Source: Vicugna vicugna
Taxonomy: Eukaryota
DNA: 64,000 bases
Assembly (NCBI GenBank): GCA_013265495.1
Contig: MU061560.1
Span: forward strand, 124,001 to 188,000
Reading direction: 5' to 3'
Position numbers and translations under genes: made by a program. The notes below the pieces were generated by a model. It saw only the letters and a program-made list of their open reading frames with translations, searched no databases and was not told the DNA's origin. This document shows, piece after piece, positions 62,625 through 64,000 of this stretch; within the stretch, counting starts at the first letter, position 1, and every line of letters starts with the position of its first letter.

Positions 62625-63097
62625 TGTGAACAAAAATACTGCAACCACATCAATAAACAAAGAATGCTGAAACCCAGTCATCAGCGGCTGCCCCACCCTC
62701 CAGTGAGGACAGACCTGCAGCCCGGCCTCTGCAGCCACTCACAATGGTGCCCTCTGAGGGGACGCAGAATAAGAAAGGACAGGACACTGGCTCTAGATAG
62801 CTAGGTGCTTGTCAAAGGAATGAATTCAATGAACCCAAATGTTTGCTTCCTCCCATGCATAGAAAAGCACTAAATTCTTTAACGTGAGATGCCTGGCTTT
62901 CTTTAGATAACAAGGAATCTTTTATTGTTCCAACTACCTGGTCTGTGTTGTAAAGCTCCTATATATCCTGGCTCCTCTCCTGCCTCTTCGGAGCAGTCCC
63001 TCAGAGCCATCTGAGAGGCTGTCATCCCCGCTCGAGTCCTCTTGCCAAGGAAAACATACCTCTCAAGTTTTAGGCTGTGCATTTATTTTAGTTGACA
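62625..63097 (+). mobile_element. Solo LTR with 4-bp TSD TCTA (ERV1-like)
   Basis: TGTGAA...GTTGACA; TCTA at 62621-62624 and 63098-63101. Confidence 0.88.
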
Positions 63098-63289
63098 TCT
63101 ATCATGATCCAGGAAAATGTTCCGTCTTGTTGCTTCTGCCCATGTTAGTTCATTCTCTTGCTATATTTATTATGGTAGCCACACCAGGGTGATGGAATCA
63201 CAGTTTCTTTATTCACTATCTCAGAAGATAAAGTGTGTCTTTCTCCAGGATTGCATAGCTTTCATAGAGTTTGTATTGTTTGTTTTCTG

Positions 63290-63410
63290 AAGGGGAGGTG
63301 ATTGGGTTTCTTCATTAATTGCCACTTGGAGAAGGTACCGGGGATCGAACCCGGGACCTCTTGCGTGCTGAGCACACGCACTACCACTTGAGCTATACCC
63401 TCTCCCCTCA
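63290..63410 (-). mobile_element. Vic-1-like SINE
   Basis: GGTACCGGGGATCGAACCCGGGACC..TGAGCTATACCC. Confidence 0.8.
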
Positions 63411-63686
63411 TAGAGTTTACTCTGAAGTTACTTGAAACTGAGTCATGCTATTCTTATTAACATCATCTTAACCAGGAATTTTGTGCTTATAAGAAAGCTA
63501 GTCTTGATATCTAACTAGAAATACTCAACAGAACACAGCGAAGTAAGAAACAAACTTTTAAGGGGTAAAAGGAACACAAGTAATAATAATTGTAGCACAT
63601 TTCAGCACAGATATCAGATTTAGTGTTGAACTAAAATCATATTATTTGAACATGAATCCCCCTGGGTTATTAGGCCTAATGAATAA

Positions 63687-64000
63687 TGTCAATTTTAAAA
63701 AACATCAATCTAAGAAAGAAATGGAAATTTTTATTTTAAGCCGGGAGAAGCCTCCCTGACAGCCCTGAGCGCTGTCCCAAAGAGATGGGGTGAGGTGGGG
63801 GGTCGGTACACAGGCGATTTTGGTGAAGGGGTCTGTGCAGGCAAGCACACATCTAGGTGGAAGGTTGCTTGCTAGTCACTCAGAACAGGCACCTTGGTTA
63901 ATGGTTTTAAGTGCTTTTCTAAGTATGGGAAGATGCAAGAATCCAAGTTTTATTTAAAAATTTCTCCCGAAATATTTCTAACTACTTAAGGGCCTGTTCT
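63687..64000 (-). mobile_element. LTR fragment running off the window
   Basis: TGTCAATT.., reverse polyA TTTTATT, and an AGTGCTTTTCTA..TATGGGAAGATGCAAGA motif similar to the other LTRs here. Confidence 0.55.

Noticed and set aside
31700..64000. Exons of a downstream neighbouring gene (BICD1 follows RESF1 in human, from memory)
   Set aside because: No second CpG island or recognisable coding exon was seen in this interval.

Overview
Mammalian genomic DNA, probably a camelid, inferred from many tRNA-Ala(AGC)-headed SINEs resembling the camelid Vic-1 family. The window holds one complete protein-coding gene on the + strand, RESF1 (KIAA1551/C12orf35, retroelement silencing factor 1). It has a CpG-island promoter at ~4.2-4.6 kb, small non-coding 5' exons, a 5-kb coding exon (ATG 22009) and two small coding exons (28189-28272, 30887-31053), giving a spliced ORF of 5220 nt (1739 aa), with a polyA signal at 31598. 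The rest is mostly repeats: L1 fragments, SINEs, hAT and Tigger DNA transposons, and many often nested LTRs. Items worth a second look: a degenerate gamma-type ERV env remnant inside a RESF1 5'UTR intron; two young same-family solo LTRs with perfect 6-bp TSDs in opposite orientation; exact templated duplications (99 bp direct, 85 bp inverted); several head-to-head inverted TE pairs; uORFs in the RESF1 leader; and a two-way CTCF-like motif. I found no evidence of a wholly new biological system. Repeat family names come from recalled consensus similarity and need RepeatMasker/Dfam confirmation, and repeat boundaries are approximate unless a TSD is quoted.
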